This document shows, one piece after another, positions 51,004-62,307 of a DNA stretch of 64,000 nucleotides. The position numbers and the translations under genes were made by a program. The stretch spans positions 159,129 to 223,128 of the forward strand of contig CAYPSA010000001.1 in assembly GCA_964413645.1 (NCBI GenBank), written 5' to 3'. Each line of letters opens with the position of its first letter. Position 1 is the stretch's first letter. The notes beneath the pieces are model-generated. The model saw only the letters and a list, made by a program, of their open reading frames with translations. It ran no database searches and had not been told where the DNA came from. Source of the stretch: an uncultured Gammaproteobacteria bacterium. Its GTDB lineage: Bacteria; Patescibacteriota; Microgenomatia; UBA1406; HO2-37-13b.

Positions 51004-52731
51004 ATGCATATCCCTAAAATAATACATAAGGAAAAATTCAAGAAAACGCCAAACTTAGAAAATTACGACGCTGTTAACAAATACTTTGATTACGCCAGAT
51101 ATACCGAAGAGCTCGTATGGTTTGAACATGACAAAATAAATGCAGCTTATAACGCGATTACAAAAAATGCTTTGGGAGACCGGAAAAATAAGATTGCGCT
51201 CTATTGGGAAGGAGATAATGGAGAAAGTAAAAAATATACTTTTCTAGAAATTGAAGAAATTTCAAACCAAATTGCAAATTATTTGAAAAGCTTGGGAGTT
51301 ACTAAGGGTGACCGAGTATTTTTATTTTTACCCCGTGTTCCAGAATTATATTGTGCGTTTATTGCTGCATTAAAGATAGGAGCAGTTGCCGGAACAATGT
51401 TTAGCGCATTTGGTCCACAGGCATTATTTGACCGTCTTGATCAATCGCAAGCAAAAGTCCTTATTACCACCAGTGAACTTTCAAAACGACTTGAAACAGT
51501 ACGCAAAGACCTTACTCATTTGAAAAGAGTTTTATTGATCGACAAAGGATTTGAACATGAAATAAGTATGCAATCCAAAAATCTGCACGTCATGCATACT
51601 AACCAAGACGATGATGCATTTATGTTGTATACATCGGGCACAACTGGCAAACCCAAAGGAGTAGTGCATAAACACAAAGCAATTATTCATGAGTATCTTT
51701 CGTCCAAATGGGTCCTCGATATTCGGGAAGATGATATTTACTGGTGTACTGCTGATCCTGGGTGGGTAACAGGCATTGTATATGAAATTCTAGGAACATG
51801 GGCGTGCGGAGCATCTATGGTAGTTCACGCAGGACGTTTTGATCCGGCAATTTGGTATGAAATTATTCAAAAATATCGAGTTAACGTGTGGTATACAGCA
51901 CCCACTGCCATTCGCATGCTTGCGGCTGCAGGGGATAACTTAGTTGAAAAGTACGATCTTTCATCGCTTCGACACATTGCAAGCGTAGGCGAGCCGCTCA
52001 ATCCAGAACTCGTCGTATGGAGCGAGAAAGTGTATGGATTGCCTTTTCACGACACGTATTGGCAAACAGAAACCGGAGGAATTATTATGTCAAATTTCCC
52101 AACACTTCCTATAAAACCGGGAAGCATGGGTAAACCATTCCCGGGAATTATTCCACATATTGTTTCTGACGAAGGCGAAATTCTAAAAACTGGCCAAACC
52201 GGCAGACTCGCATTTGAGCCTAATTGGCCTTCGATTATGAAGAAATTATGGCGTCGACCCGTTAAATTTGAATCGTATTTTGAACGGGTAAAAGGACTTG
52301 CAAATAAACAGCTATATTTTACCGGAGATCAGGCCATGAAAGATGAAGATGACTATTATTGGTTTGTAGGTAGAGCAGATGATGTCATAAAGACATCCGG
52401 AGAACGTGTTGGGCCATTTGAGGTTGAGTCTGCACTTGTTGAGCATGAAGCAGTTGTAGAAGCAGGAGTCATTGGAAAACCTGACGCCGTCCGTGGATCA
52501 ATTATTAAGGCGTTTGTCGTAATAAAACAAGGATTTAAACCTACCGAGCAACTCAAGCATGAACTTTCTGAATACGTTAAGAAAAATTTGGCTGGTCATG
52601 CGTATCCTAAGGAAATTGAATTTATTGACAAACTCCCCAAAACTAGATCTGGAAAAATCATGCGCCGTGTTTTGCGAGCAAAAGAACTTGGGTTGCCAAT
52701 AGGGGATACGTCTACGTTGGAGGAATATTAA
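51004..52731 (+). CDS. acs: AMP-forming acyl/acetyl-CoA synthetase
   Basis: AMP-binding motif LYTSGTTGKPKGV, plus YWQTETGG and the C-terminal TRSGKIMRR. Confidence 0.85.
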   Translation: MHIPKIIHKEKFKKTPNLENYDAVNKYFDYARYTEELVWFEHDKINAAYNAITKNALGDRKNKIALYWEGDNGESKKYTFLEIEEISNQIANYLKSLGVTKGDRVFLFLPRVPELYCAFIAALKIGAVAGTMFSAFGPQALFDRLDQSQAKVLITTSELSKRLETVRKDLTHLKRVLLIDKGFEHEISMQSKNLHVMHTNQDDDAFMLYTSGTTGKPKGVVHKHKAIIHEYLSSKWVLDIREDDIYWCTADPGWVTGIVYEILGTWACGASMVVHAGRFDPAIWYEIIQKYRVNVWYTAPTAIRMLAAAGDNLVEKYDLSSLRHIASVGEPLNPELVVWSEKVYGLPFHDTYWQTETGGIIMSNFPTLPIKPGSMGKPFPGIIPHIVSDEGEILKTGQTGRLAFEPNWPSIMKKLWRRPVKFESYFERVKGLANKQLYFTGDQAMKDEDDYYWFVGRADDVIKTSGERVGPFEVESALVEHEAVVEAGVIGKPDAVRGSIIKAFVVIKQGFKPTEQLKHELSEYVKKNLAGHAYPKEIEFIDKLPKTRSGKIMRRVLRAKELGLPIGDTSTLEEY

Positions 52732-52738
52732 TTATTTA

Positions 52739-53257
52739 CTATTGTCTTTCACCTGATGTATCTCCACTTCGATTTTGTAACTTTAAAATAATATCACCCA
52801 ATGCTAGAATTTCGCTGAACGTGCTATCTTGGATTTGTAATTCCGATTCATCAGAAGTTTCTCTAGATATCTTAGTAATTTCCCAAAGATTACTAAGTCT
52901 TCTATGAAGATGGCCTGCGATCTCAGACCTTAATTCTTCTTCGAAAATACCAAAATTTCTCCATGCCAATAGTCGATCATCAAGTGGTCGTTCATCATCG
53001 GCACGCTTCAACAGAGTGGCAAAAGTTCCTACACCATAAGACTGTACAACTGAAATTGCCGTACGCATTACTACATAATTATCAAATTCAAGAACGTACC
53101 GAGAAAATGCATCTGGGTCTACTTGTCTACTTTTTTGGGCGTCGTCTAAGATATACGTGATGTTATCTTGATCATTGGGATTCTCAATATCTACAAAATC
53201 GATCAAACATTCTGATAATGTATACGCAAAGGGTTTTCCATGCTCTCGGCTGTTCAT
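52739..53257 (-). CDS. hypothetical protein (172 aa)
   Basis: ORF only; no recognisable motif. Confidence 0.4.
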   Translation of the reverse strand: MNSREHGKPFAYTLSECLIDFVDIENPNDQDNITYILDDAQKSRQVDPDAFSRYVLEFDNYVVMRTAISVVQSYGVGTFATLLKRADDERPLDDRLLAWRNFGIFEEELRSEIAGHLHRRLSNLWEITKISRETSDESELQIQDSTFSEILALGDIILKLQNRSGDTSGERQ

Positions 53258-53268
53258 AATGGCTCATA

Positions 53269-53961
53269 TTATATCACAAGTCGCATTGCAACAGTCAGTT
53301 CGCCCTTGTATGACTCTTTGGTAAGTTCCTCCGGAGTACCTCGTAACACCTCTTCAAACTTCTTCGTCATTTCTCTACATATGGCTAATTGAGACGTTGG
53401 GGCTTTTTGAGTAATTAATGAAAGTGTTTCATTAATTCTAAAAGGGGATTCGTAGAAAGTAAAAATGGGCTGTTCTAAATTCTGTGCAGTCGCAGTCATC
53501 TTGTCCAAAGCTTTAAGCACTTCTGACTTCTTCTTTGGCAAAAATCCCACATGAACAATTGATTTGAATTTAAAACCAGAAAGTGTAGCAGCATTTACAA
53601 ATGCCGTTGGACCAGGAATAACTGTAAATTCGATATTGTTGGACGTTAAATGTTGAACAAGCGGAGATCCAGGGTCAGAAATAAGCGGCATGCCAGATTC
53701 TGAAATAAGTGCAATATCTAAACCGTCTTCCAGCCATTCAAGTACCGATGGGAGTCGTTCGAACTCATTGTCTTTATATAAACTCACAATCTGTTGTTCT
53801 TTAGCAGGTGAAAGTTTATATAACTCCTGGATAATCGGGTAGAAAGTTGCAAACGAACGCGTGTCTTCGGCCAAAATAACATCAGCATTCGTAAGCGTTT
53901 CAACGGCTCGCAAGGAAATGTCACGGGCGTTTCCTAGAGGTGTGCCAACGATGTATAACAT
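53269..53961 (-). CDS. rsmI: 16S rRNA (cytidine1402-2'-O)-methyltransferase
   Basis: MLYIVGTPLGNARDISLRAVETL is a tetrapyrrole-methylase-fold RsmI N-terminus. It is trimmed to this Met; the longer ORF continues to 54051. Confidence 0.75.
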   Translation of the reverse strand: MLYIVGTPLGNARDISLRAVETLTNADVILAEDTRSFATFYPIIQELYKLSPAKEQQIVSLYKDNEFERLPSVLEWLEDGLDIALISESGMPLISDPGSPLVQHLTSNNIEFTVIPGPTAFVNAATLSGFKFKSIVHVGFLPKKKSEVLKALDKMTATAQNLEQPIFTFYESPFRINETLSLITQKAPTSQLAICREMTKKFEEVLRGTPEELTKESYKGELTVAMRLVI

Positions 53962-53974
53962 GTACCTATTATAC

Positions 53975-54030
53975 TCCACATACAGATTCTTCGTCGCAAT
54001 TCGCCAGCTGGCGAAGGTAAAACGCTCAGA
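53975..54030 (-). repeat. MITE-like repeat copy, reverse orientation
   Basis: The reverse complement reads gtcattctgagcgttttaccttcgccagctggcgaattgcgacgaagaatctg. Confidence 0.65.
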
Positions 54031-54062
54031 ATGACCCCATTTATGGTACAATAGTAGGTCAC

Positions 54063-56078
54063 ATGCAATTTAAAGTTCACTCCCAATTTTCCCCGATCGA
54101 CGAACAAATTAAGGCAGCAAACCAGCTCGTGGAAGGTATTCATGCGAATAAAAAGAACCAGGTCCTTTTAGGCGTAACCGGTTCCGGAAAAACGTTTACG
54201 ATGGCTCAGGTTATTGCACAGTCGCAAATGCCTGCACTCATAATCTCACACAATAAGACTCTTGCTGGTCAACTGTATCAAGAAATGCGTGATTTTTTCC
54301 CAGAAAACGCAGTTTCATACTTTGTTTCCTATTACGATTATTACCAACCTGAAGCATACATTCCATCTACCGATACCTATATTGAAAAAGAAGCGCAAAT
54401 CAATGAAACAATCGACAAACTACGACTTGCTTCTACGAGTAATATTCTCACACGACCCGATCCTATCGTAGTTGCTTCCGTTTCTTGTATTTATAACATC
54501 GGCTCTCCAATAGAGTTTGGCAAGTTTATTCTCGAAATTAAAGTAGGACACATGTACGATCAAAAAGACATTATGAAGCGACTAATCGAATTGCAATATG
54601 AGCGTTCAGAATATGATTTCAAGCGAGGGTCATTTAGAGTTCGCGGGGAACATATTGATATGTACCCAGCATCTGATGATTACGGGTATCGCGCCGAACT
54701 GCAAAATGGAAAAGTAGTGCAAATTACCAAAATGGACCCGCTAACCGGGGAAACGATCGAGAAAAAAACAAATCTAGACGAGTCGATAATCCTATACCCA
54801 GCAAAACAATACATGACAAGCATGGATGCTCTTGAAGACGCAGAAGCGCAAATTCGGGCAGATTTAGAGAAAGAATATAAGCAGCTTATCAAAAAAGATA
54901 AAGAGTTTGAGGCGCGTCGATTACTAAAAAAAGTAAATTACGACCTGGAAATGCTTAAGGAGATGGGGTACGTAAATGGAATTGAAAATTATTCTCGATA
55001 TTTCGATGGACGTATGCCCGGAGATCCTCCAAATTCACTCCTTGGCTATTTTAACCACCGATTCGGAAAAGATTGGCTGGTTTTTGTGGACGAATCACAC
55101 ATGACGTTGCCTCAAATTCGTGGAATGTATAACGGTGATCAAGCTCGAAAACGGACACTTATTGATTATGGATTTCGATTGGAATCAAGTTTAGATAATC
55201 GTCCTATGAAATTTAACGAATTCTACAATAATATGCATAGAGCCATTTATGTTTCGGCAACACCAAATGAATATGAAGTGGAACTTGCTGAGAATAAAGT
55301 TGTAGAACAGCTTGTTCGTCCAACGGGCATTGTCGATCCTCCAGTAAGTATTCGAAAAAGCAGCAGCGAAATTCCTGATTTAGTTGAAGAAATTAAAAAG
55401 CGTGTCGCCAAAAAAGAGCGAGTACTTGTCGCCTCTCTTACAAAGAGGATCGCAGAAGATTTAACAACATATTTAAAAGAAGCTGGTGTTAAAGCAGAAT
55501 ATTTACATTCCGATATTCACACGCTTGATCGCTCTGAAATTCTTAATAAACTACGACTGGCCGAATTTGATGTGCTCGTCGGCATTAACTTGCTTCGAGA
55601 AGGAATTGATATTCCCGAAGTAACACTAGTCGCAATTTTAGATGCGGATAATGAGGGGTTTTTAAGAAGTAAAACGGCGCTTATTCAAACCATGGGACGA
55701 GCAGCTCGAAACATTGGCGGTGAAGTAATTATTTATGCCGATAAAATGACTAAATCTATTCAAGCAGCAGTAGATGAAGTTAAACGTCGTCGTGAATATC
55801 AATTGAAGTATAATAAGACGCACAATATTACGCCGACAACTATTATTAAGGAGATTAAGAAGGACATTATTAAACAAGAACAAAAACGCCAAGATGATAT
55901 GTCACTTCTAGCAGCATACGAAGCAATTGAGTCAATTAATATAACCTCGCTTACACCACAAGATAAAAAGAATTTAATTGATAGCTTACGGAAAGAAATG
56001 AAAAAGCAAGCACGCGAGCTTCACTTTGAAGCAGCCATCGCCATTAGAAATAAAATTACAGAAATTGAAAAATCATAA
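54063..56078 (+). CDS. uvrB: excinuclease ABC subunit B
   Basis: Walker A GVTGSGKT, a helicase core and a C-terminal UVR motif. An extended -10 (TGGTACAAT) lies at 54040-54048. Confidence 0.95.
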   Translation: MQFKVHSQFSPIDEQIKAANQLVEGIHANKKNQVLLGVTGSGKTFTMAQVIAQSQMPALIISHNKTLAGQLYQEMRDFFPENAVSYFVSYYDYYQPEAYIPSTDTYIEKEAQINETIDKLRLASTSNILTRPDPIVVASVSCIYNIGSPIEFGKFILEIKVGHMYDQKDIMKRLIELQYERSEYDFKRGSFRVRGEHIDMYPASDDYGYRAELQNGKVVQITKMDPLTGETIEKKTNLDESIILYPAKQYMTSMDALEDAEAQIRADLEKEYKQLIKKDKEFEARRLLKKVNYDLEMLKEMGYVNGIENYSRYFDGRMPGDPPNSLLGYFNHRFGKDWLVFVDESHMTLPQIRGMYNGDQARKRTLIDYGFRLESSLDNRPMKFNEFYNNMHRAIYVSATPNEYEVELAENKVVEQLVRPTGIVDPPVSIRKSSSEIPDLVEEIKKRVAKKERVLVASLTKRIAEDLTTYLKEAGVKAEYLHSDIHTLDRSEILNKLRLAEFDVLVGINLLREGIDIPEVTLVAILDADNEGFLRSKTALIQTMGRAARNIGGEVIIYADKMTKSIQAAVDEVKRRREYQLKYNKTHNITPTTIIKEIKKDIIKQEQKRQDDMSLLAAYEAIESINITSLTPQDKKNLIDSLRKEMKKQARELHFEAAIAIRNKITEIEKS

Positions 56079-56081
56079 TAT

Positions 56082-58958
56082 ATGAATGACACAATCGTAA
56101 TCAAAGGAGCTCGAGAACACAATCTTAAGGACGTTGACCTGACTATTCCAAAAAATAAAATGGTGGTATTTACCGGTGTGTCTGGTTCAGGTAAATCATC
56201 ACTTGCATTTGACACTATTTATGCAGAAGGCCAGCGACGATATGTAGAGTCGCTCTCATCATACGCTCGACAGTTCTTAGGAGTTATGGACAAGCCGGAT
56301 GTCGATTTTATCGAAGGGTTATCGCCATCTATTTCAATTGATCAAAAATCAGTTGGTAAAAATCCTCGATCAACAGTCGGAACAATAACGGAAATTTACG
56401 ACTATTTGCGTTTATTGTTTGCTCGAGTTGGTGTACCATATTGTCCTAATGATGGAACACTCATTAGCAGACTTTCTATTGATGAAATTACTGAGAAGAT
56501 CATCGAGTACTCGATTGAGTACACAAAAAAATATAAATTAGCACCCCAACAGTTTTTACTTCTTTCTCCGATCGTTACTGAACGTAAGGGAGAATTCACG
56601 CCTCTCTTTGGAAATTTGCGTGCAAAAGGGTATACAGACTTAATTGTCGACGGTACCCGATATACGTCAGACGAAATCCCATCTCTTGAGAAGAATAATA
56701 AACATACAATTTCTGCGGTAATAATGAGCTTTGCACTTTCTCATTCGGACACCAAAAATACTGATTTAATTATTGGCCTAAAAAAAAGAATTGCTGAAAT
56801 CGTTGAGCAGGGAGTTAAATTGTCAGATGGTAAGATTCTGTTACAGGCCCCAGAAAGTAGCCATTTATTTTCTGAAAAGTTTGCCTGTCCTAAATGCGAT
56901 TTTGCTTTGGCCGAAATTGAACCTCGAATGTTTTCATTCAATTCCCCAGTTGGAGCTTGTGAAACGTGTAAAGGCTTAGGCTACATTGTGCGCATTGCTC
57001 CAGAACTAGTATTAAATCGTCGATTGTCAATTGAACAAGGCGCAATTATTCCTTTCGGAAAAATATTGGCATTTAATACTTGGTACGCACGAACTATTAA
57101 AACTGTTCTTGATGACCTAGGTATCGACACCTCTGCAAATCTTCAATACGTTGACGAAGATAAAATACAAGTCCTACTTCATGGAAACAACAAAACGTAT
57201 ACGGTTCATGGGCAAAATAGGTTTGGAGACGATACAATAATTAAAGAAACATTCATAGGTGTTATCCCTGAATTATACCGACGTTATGGTGAAAGTTCTT
57301 CGGAATTTATGTCGCACGAAATTGAAAAGTACATGACTGATGAAGAATGTACTGCTTGTAAAGGACAACGATTGAAGCCAGAAGTCTTGAGTATTAAAAT
57401 TGATGAAAAGAACATTATTGAACTCGCAACTCTATCAATTGCAACATTGCTAAAATTTACAAAAAATATTCATCAAAATTTATCAGGATACGATAAAGAA
57501 GTTTCACAAAATATTATTTCTGAAATTGTGGCGCGCTTAACATTTCTTGAGAATGTTGGCCTTACGTACCTCACATTAGCGAGAACTGCCGCAAGTCTTT
57601 CAGGTGGAGAATCACAACGTATTCGACTTGCTTCTCAAATTGGAAGTGGACTTACCGGAGTTATTTATGTTCTTGATGAGCCATCAATCGGACTGCACCC
57701 TAAAGATGTTTCTGCGCTGGTGGATTCTCTGCGAAATTTATGTAAACTAGGTAATACGCTCATTGTTGTAGAACATGATACAGAGACTATTTTAGCTGCC
57801 GATCATATTGTAGATTTTGGACCTAAAGCGGGCAAACATGGAGGAAAAGTTATTTTTCAAGGACCACTTAATGAGCTCAGGAAAAGCAAAGATTCTTTGA
57901 CTGCAAAGTATATGTTCAAAAAAAATGTCGCTCAAGAACACACACTCACTGCAAAGAATTATGGCTACATAGAACTTTCTGGAGCTAAACAATTTAACCT
58001 AAAGAATGTCTCAATTAAAATCCCACTAGGTAACTTAATTAGCGTTACCGGAGTTTCAGGATCGGGAAAGTCAACGCTTATCGTCGAAACACTATACAAA
58101 GCATTGCGATATTATTTAGAGGGATCTTTTAAACTATCACAAGGAACATTTGATCAGTTACTTGGTTATCAGTACTTAGACAAAGTGTATTTAGTTGATC
58201 AATCCACCATAGGCAAAACGCCACGTTCTAACCCCGCAACTTACATGGGAATTTTTGACTATATTCGAGATATTTTTGCTCAAACACCTGACGCTAAAAT
58301 TAGAGGATTTGCAAAAGGCAGATTTTCTTTTAACGTTAAAGGTGGGCGATGTGAAAAATGCCAAGGTGCAGGGACGATCAAAATTGAAATGCAGTTTTTA
58401 CCAGATGTGTATGTAAAGTGTGACGTATGTAAAGGAGCACGATACAATAGTCAAACACTCGAAGTACTCTACAAGGGTAAAAGTATTAAAGATGTTTTGG
58501 ATATGCCTATCGATGAAGCTGCGGAATTTTTCAAAAGTATTCCACAGCTTGCTCCGAAACTCAAAACACTTCAAGATGTCGGCGTAGGGTATATGGAACT
58601 TGGGCAAAGTGCACCCACACTCTCAGGAGGAGAAGCTCAGCGTATTAAACTTGCTAATGAACTTGCAAAAAAGGAATCGGGTAGAACCTTGTACATTCTT
58701 GATGAGCCTACTACTGGTCTTCACATGTATGATGTCGAAAAACTTATGGCGACACTGTACAAACTTGTCGAAAAAGGTAATACTGTGGTTGTAATCGAAC
58801 ACAATTTAGAAGTCATAAAAAATAGCCAGTATGTCATTGATATGGGGCCACTGGGCGGAGAAGGAGGAGGGCAACTTCTGTATCAAGGACCACTGGGAGG
58901 TTTGCTCGAGAACAAAGATTCCTTCACGGGTAAATACTTATCGGAATATTTAGGGTAA
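56082..58958 (+). CDS. uvrA: excinuclease ABC subunit A
   Basis: Two ABC modules ([18 protein letters not shown]) and zinc-finger Cys pairs. Confidence 0.95.
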   Translation: MNDTIVIKGAREHNLKDVDLTIPKNKMVVFTGVSGSGKSSLAFDTIYAEGQRRYVESLSSYARQFLGVMDKPDVDFIEGLSPSISIDQKSVGKNPRSTVGTITEIYDYLRLLFARVGVPYCPNDGTLISRLSIDEITEKIIEYSIEYTKKYKLAPQQFLLLSPIVTERKGEFTPLFGNLRAKGYTDLIVDGTRYTSDEIPSLEKNNKHTISAVIMSFALSHSDTKNTDLIIGLKKRIAEIVEQGVKLSDGKILLQAPESSHLFSEKFACPKCDFALAEIEPRMFSFNSPVGACETCKGLGYIVRIAPELVLNRRLSIEQGAIIPFGKILAFNTWYARTIKTVLDDLGIDTSANLQYVDEDKIQVLLHGNNKTYTVHGQNRFGDDTIIKETFIGVIPELYRRYGESSSEFMSHEIEKYMTDEECTACKGQRLKPEVLSIKIDEKNIIELATLSIATLLKFTKNIHQNLSGYDKEVSQNIISEIVARLTFLENVGLTYLTLARTAASLSGGESQRIRLASQIGSGLTGVIYVLDEPSIGLHPKDVSALVDSLRNLCKLGNTLIVVEHDTETILAADHIVDFGPKAGKHGGKVIFQGPLNELRKSKDSLTAKYMFKKNVAQEHTLTAKNYGYIELSGAKQFNLKNVSIKIPLGNLISVTGVSGSGKSTLIVETLYKALRYYLEGSFKLSQGTFDQLLGYQYLDKVYLVDQSTIGKTPRSNPATYMGIFDYIRDIFAQTPDAKIRGFAKGRFSFNVKGGRCEKCQGAGTIKIEMQFLPDVYVKCDVCKGARYNSQTLEVLYKGKSIKDVLDMPIDEAAEFFKSIPQLAPKLKTLQDVGVGYMELGQSAPTLSGGEAQRIKLANELAKKESGRTLYILDEPTTGLHMYDVEKLMATLYKLVEKGNTVVVIEHNLEVIKNSQYVIDMGPLGGEGGGQLLYQGPLGGLLENKDSFTGKYLSEYLG

Positions 58959-58967
58959 AATATACGT

Positions 58968-60797
58968 ATGAACTTTTTTGGACGGGTATCTGTTTTCGTA
59001 ACATTCATTTTTTTGGTGGCAATATCTCTTTTAACACCTAAAAGTGTTGCTGCTACTCCGTATAAAGTCGTTTATAACGCGGAATATACACCTATCAATG
59101 AATCAGACCTAGCAGTAAAGCTCCTTATTTCTTTACAAAACCTACGATCCGATGTATACATTCGAGAATTCAGTATTAATTTACCACCTCACTTCGCAAT
59201 TGTTAATCCGCAAACCAAAATAGAGAACGAAGTGGCACAAGCCCAAATAAAATCAGAAAAGAACAGTACCCAAATTACTTTTTCTCTTCCCGAAAGTTCT
59301 GCAAGCAATAAAACTCAAACCAACCTAGAACTTACGTATACACAAAAAAATGGCATACGACATGTGGGCTCAATTTGGGAAGTGATTCTACCTACTATTT
59401 CAAATAAAGAAAACTCATCGTTTTCTGCTTTGTTTCATGTCCCGCCAAGAGTTGACAGGCATGTTGGAGTAATCAAACCTGCTCCAACTGAAGTTTCAGG
59501 CGAAATCATTCGATGGGATAATGTTAAACAATCAGTTATCTATATTGCTTTTGGAACTTCTCAACGGTATCAATCAAATTTAACGTATACCATCAAGAAT
59601 CCTGATTTATTGACAAAAAAAACATCTATCGCGCTTCCACCACATACATCCTATCAAAAAATTTATGAAAATTTTATCGATCCCCAACCCGCACGAACAT
59701 ATATTGATTCCGATGGAAATTATCTTGCAGAATATACTCTCAGACCAAAGCAAGAGATGATGATTCATTATTCAGGAATAGTAGAAGTTTTTGCCCGTCC
59801 TAATAATGACATGAGGCCGTTTAATGAAATTGCGTATAACGAACAGAAAAAATATATTTTCAATAATGTTTCTTACTGGAATGTTCCAAAGTCGTACGAA
59901 TTTCCCGAAAAAATCACCTCTGTTAAAGACGTTTTTGATCGTGTAGTGAATCATCTTAGTTACGATAAGGAACAAATCAAATCATCTGGATCGCGTAAAG
60001 GCGCTCAATTTGCCCTTACAAATCCCAATCAAGCTGTTTGTACTGAATATACCGATTTATTTGTGGCTCTTGCTCGAAATGCCAATTTTCCAGCTCGTGA
60101 AATCGAAGGATTTGCATATAGTGATGACCCAACATTGCGTCCACAATCATTTTCTGGCGATATTTTACATTCTTGGCCCGAGTATTATGACGAATCTCAA
60201 AGCTTGTGGATTCCCACAGATCCTACTTGGGCTGATACATCCAACATAGATTACTTTAGCTCTTTTGACTTGAATCACATTGTACTTGCAATTCATGGAA
60301 AGGATCCCGTATATCCACTACCTGCAGGAATGTATAAAGTGCGTGATCAAAAAGATATAGATATTAAGCCAATCGCCACACTTCCCAAGGAAATAAAAAA
60401 TATCAGCGCAACAATTTCCATGAATGAAACCGTTGCTCCGCTTTCCACAGCACACGGATCAGTTATTATCGAGAATAAGAGTAATGTGTTTTTAGTTGAT
60501 CCTTCATTTAGACTAAAAAGCTCCTCGTTAACGTTTAAACCAAACGTGCTTTCAACCAAACTAATTGCGCCAAATGAAAAGCGCGAAATTAAATTTAGCT
60601 ACACAGTTTCAAAGAATGCGTCGGAAACGAACAAAGCTCGTGTATCACTACTTCTGGATGAAAATGAAATTGCTTACGAAGATCTATCTATACAATCATC
60701 TTTTGAATCAATTTTAAATTATGTAATTGGTATCGCAATTGCTCTCATCATACTTGTTCTTGTTTTCTTCAAATACATTAAACATCGAATTTCATGA
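58968..60797 (+). CDS. transglutaminase-like domain protein with N-terminal signal/TM and C-terminal TM anchor
   Basis: QAVCTEYTDLFVALARNANFPAREIEGFAY contains the catalytic Cys of a transglutaminase-like core. Both ends are hydrophobic. Confidence 0.6.
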   Translation: MNFFGRVSVFVTFIFLVAISLLTPKSVAATPYKVVYNAEYTPINESDLAVKLLISLQNLRSDVYIREFSINLPPHFAIVNPQTKIENEVAQAQIKSEKNSTQITFSLPESSASNKTQTNLELTYTQKNGIRHVGSIWEVILPTISNKENSSFSALFHVPPRVDRHVGVIKPAPTEVSGEIIRWDNVKQSVIYIAFGTSQRYQSNLTYTIKNPDLLTKKTSIALPPHTSYQKIYENFIDPQPARTYIDSDGNYLAEYTLRPKQEMMIHYSGIVEVFARPNNDMRPFNEIAYNEQKKYIFNNVSYWNVPKSYEFPEKITSVKDVFDRVVNHLSYDKEQIKSSGSRKGAQFALTNPNQAVCTEYTDLFVALARNANFPAREIEGFAYSDDPTLRPQSFSGDILHSWPEYYDESQSLWIPTDPTWADTSNIDYFSSFDLNHIVLAIHGKDPVYPLPAGMYKVRDQKDIDIKPIATLPKEIKNISATISMNETVAPLSTAHGSVIIENKSNVFLVDPSFRLKSSSLTFKPNVLSTKLIAPNEKREIKFSYTVSKNASETNKARVSLLLDENEIAYEDLSIQSSFESILNYVIGIAIALIILVLVFFKYIKHRIS

Positions 60798-62092
60798 TTA
60801 CTTCCAAAGATATTTCATCGATTCCATCAACGACTGGAGTGTATTTTTTCTATAAAAACGATATTCCGATTTACATCGGAAAGGCAGTTAATTTGAAAGC
60901 TCGATTAACGTCGCACTTGCAGAATGCTAAATTAGACAGAAAAGAAGCCGCAATAATCGAACAAGCAGACCGAGTTGACTACACGCAAACCCTTTCAGAT
61001 TTTGAGGCAATAATTTTGGAAGCAAACTTAGTGCGCAAATTCATGCCGCAATACAATATTCAGCTCAAAGATGATAAGAGTTATTTATATATAAAAATTT
61101 CAATCAAAGATAAGTATCCAAAGATATCCTTAGTTCGACGTGAAAATGATGGAAATTCGCTTTACTTTGGTCCATTCCAATCAAATCGCTTAACCCGATC
61201 ACTTCTTTCACATATACGAAAAATAGTATCATTTTGTACCCAAAAAAAACTAGGAAGAACCGGATGTTTTTACTCTAAAATTGGGCTTTGCAATCCATGT
61301 CCTTCGGCTGTTGATCGCCTGGAAGATCAAACACTCAAAAAAGTTCTTCATCAACAGTATTTACACAACATTAAATTAATTGTAAAAATTTTTGATGGAA
61401 ACTCATCCTTCGTGCTCAAGCATTTAGAAAAAGATCTTCTTATTGAAACTCAGAAAGAAAATTATGAAAAAGCTTTAGTAATCCGTGACAAACTATTACT
61501 TCTCGAGAATTTACTCCATACACGCTCCTTTTCGTCTTGGGACGACATTCGTATTACCAATAAGGCCAGCATTAGGACGGCAATAGAAGAGTTTATGCTA
61601 GCAAATTTTGCCGCCTCACAAATCTCGACGAGCTTTAGGATCGAATGTTACGACATTAGTAATCTATTCGGGAAAGACGCCACTGCATCAATGGTTGTTT
61701 TTCAAGATGGGGGAATAGAGAAAAAGGAATACAGACGTTTCAAAATTAGAACTGTACAGGGGATTTCGGATTTTGCAATGCTTCAGGAAGTTTTAACCCG
61801 TCGATTTAATCAAAGTAAATGGCAGCGTCCCGATTTGCTTGTTATCGACGGAGGACCCCCGCAACTACGAGCTACTCGCAAAATACTTGAAGAATTACAG
61901 ATTTCTATTCCCATGATTGGCATAGCAAAACACCCTGACCGACTTTTTAAAGTTGCAGGACGTATTTCGCCAGCTTTATATAGACGTAATTCAACTTTTT
62001 TTAGAATAATTCAAGAAATCCGCGACGAATCACATCGTTTCGCAAAAAAATACCATTTACTTCTACGGAACAAAAAAATGGTGTATAATTAA
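60794..62092 (+). CDS. uvrC: excinuclease ABC subunit C, short form lacking the C-terminal (HhH)2 domain
   Basis: N-terminal GIY-YIG (GVYFFYKNDIPIYIGKA...RL..H), a UVR-like helix, and the endonuclease domain motifs VIDGGPPQL and IRDESHRFA. The protein ends after 432 aa. Confidence 0.85.
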   Translation: MITSKDISSIPSTTGVYFFYKNDIPIYIGKAVNLKARLTSHLQNAKLDRKEAAIIEQADRVDYTQTLSDFEAIILEANLVRKFMPQYNIQLKDDKSYLYIKISIKDKYPKISLVRRENDGNSLYFGPFQSNRLTRSLLSHIRKIVSFCTQKKLGRTGCFYSKIGLCNPCPSAVDRLEDQTLKKVLHQQYLHNIKLIVKIFDGNSSFVLKHLEKDLLIETQKENYEKALVIRDKLLLLENLLHTRSFSSWDDIRITNKASIRTAIEEFMLANFAASQISTSFRIECYDISNLFGKDATASMVVFQDGGIEKKEYRRFKIRTVQGISDFAMLQEVLTRRFNQSKWQRPDLLVIDGGPPQLRATRKILEELQISIPMIGIAKHPDRLFKVAGRISPALYRRNSTFFRIIQEIRDESHRFAKKYHLLLRNKKMVYN

Positions 62093-62096
62093 GCCT

Positions 62097-62303
62097 ATGT
62101 TACTTATCGCAACAATCATTTTAAGTCTACTTATAACAGTGCTTATTCTTATGCAAGGCCGCGGCGCTGGGCTCGGAAGTGCATGGGGTGGCGGAGGAGA
62201 ATTCTTCCAAACACGTCGTGGAATTGAAAAAGTTACACTCCAATTAACCGTTGTTTTGATTGTACTCTTCTTTATTGTTTCAGTGATTAACTTGGTTTCG
62301 TAA
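62097..62303 (+). CDS. secG: preprotein translocase subunit SecG
   Basis: Two TM helices flanking a Gly-rich loop LMQGRGAGLGSAWGGGGEFF. Confidence 0.8.
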   Translation: MLLIATIILSLLITVLILMQGRGAGLGSAWGGGGEFFQTRRGIEKVTLQLTVVLIVLFFIVSVINLVS

Positions 62304-62307
62304 GCTT

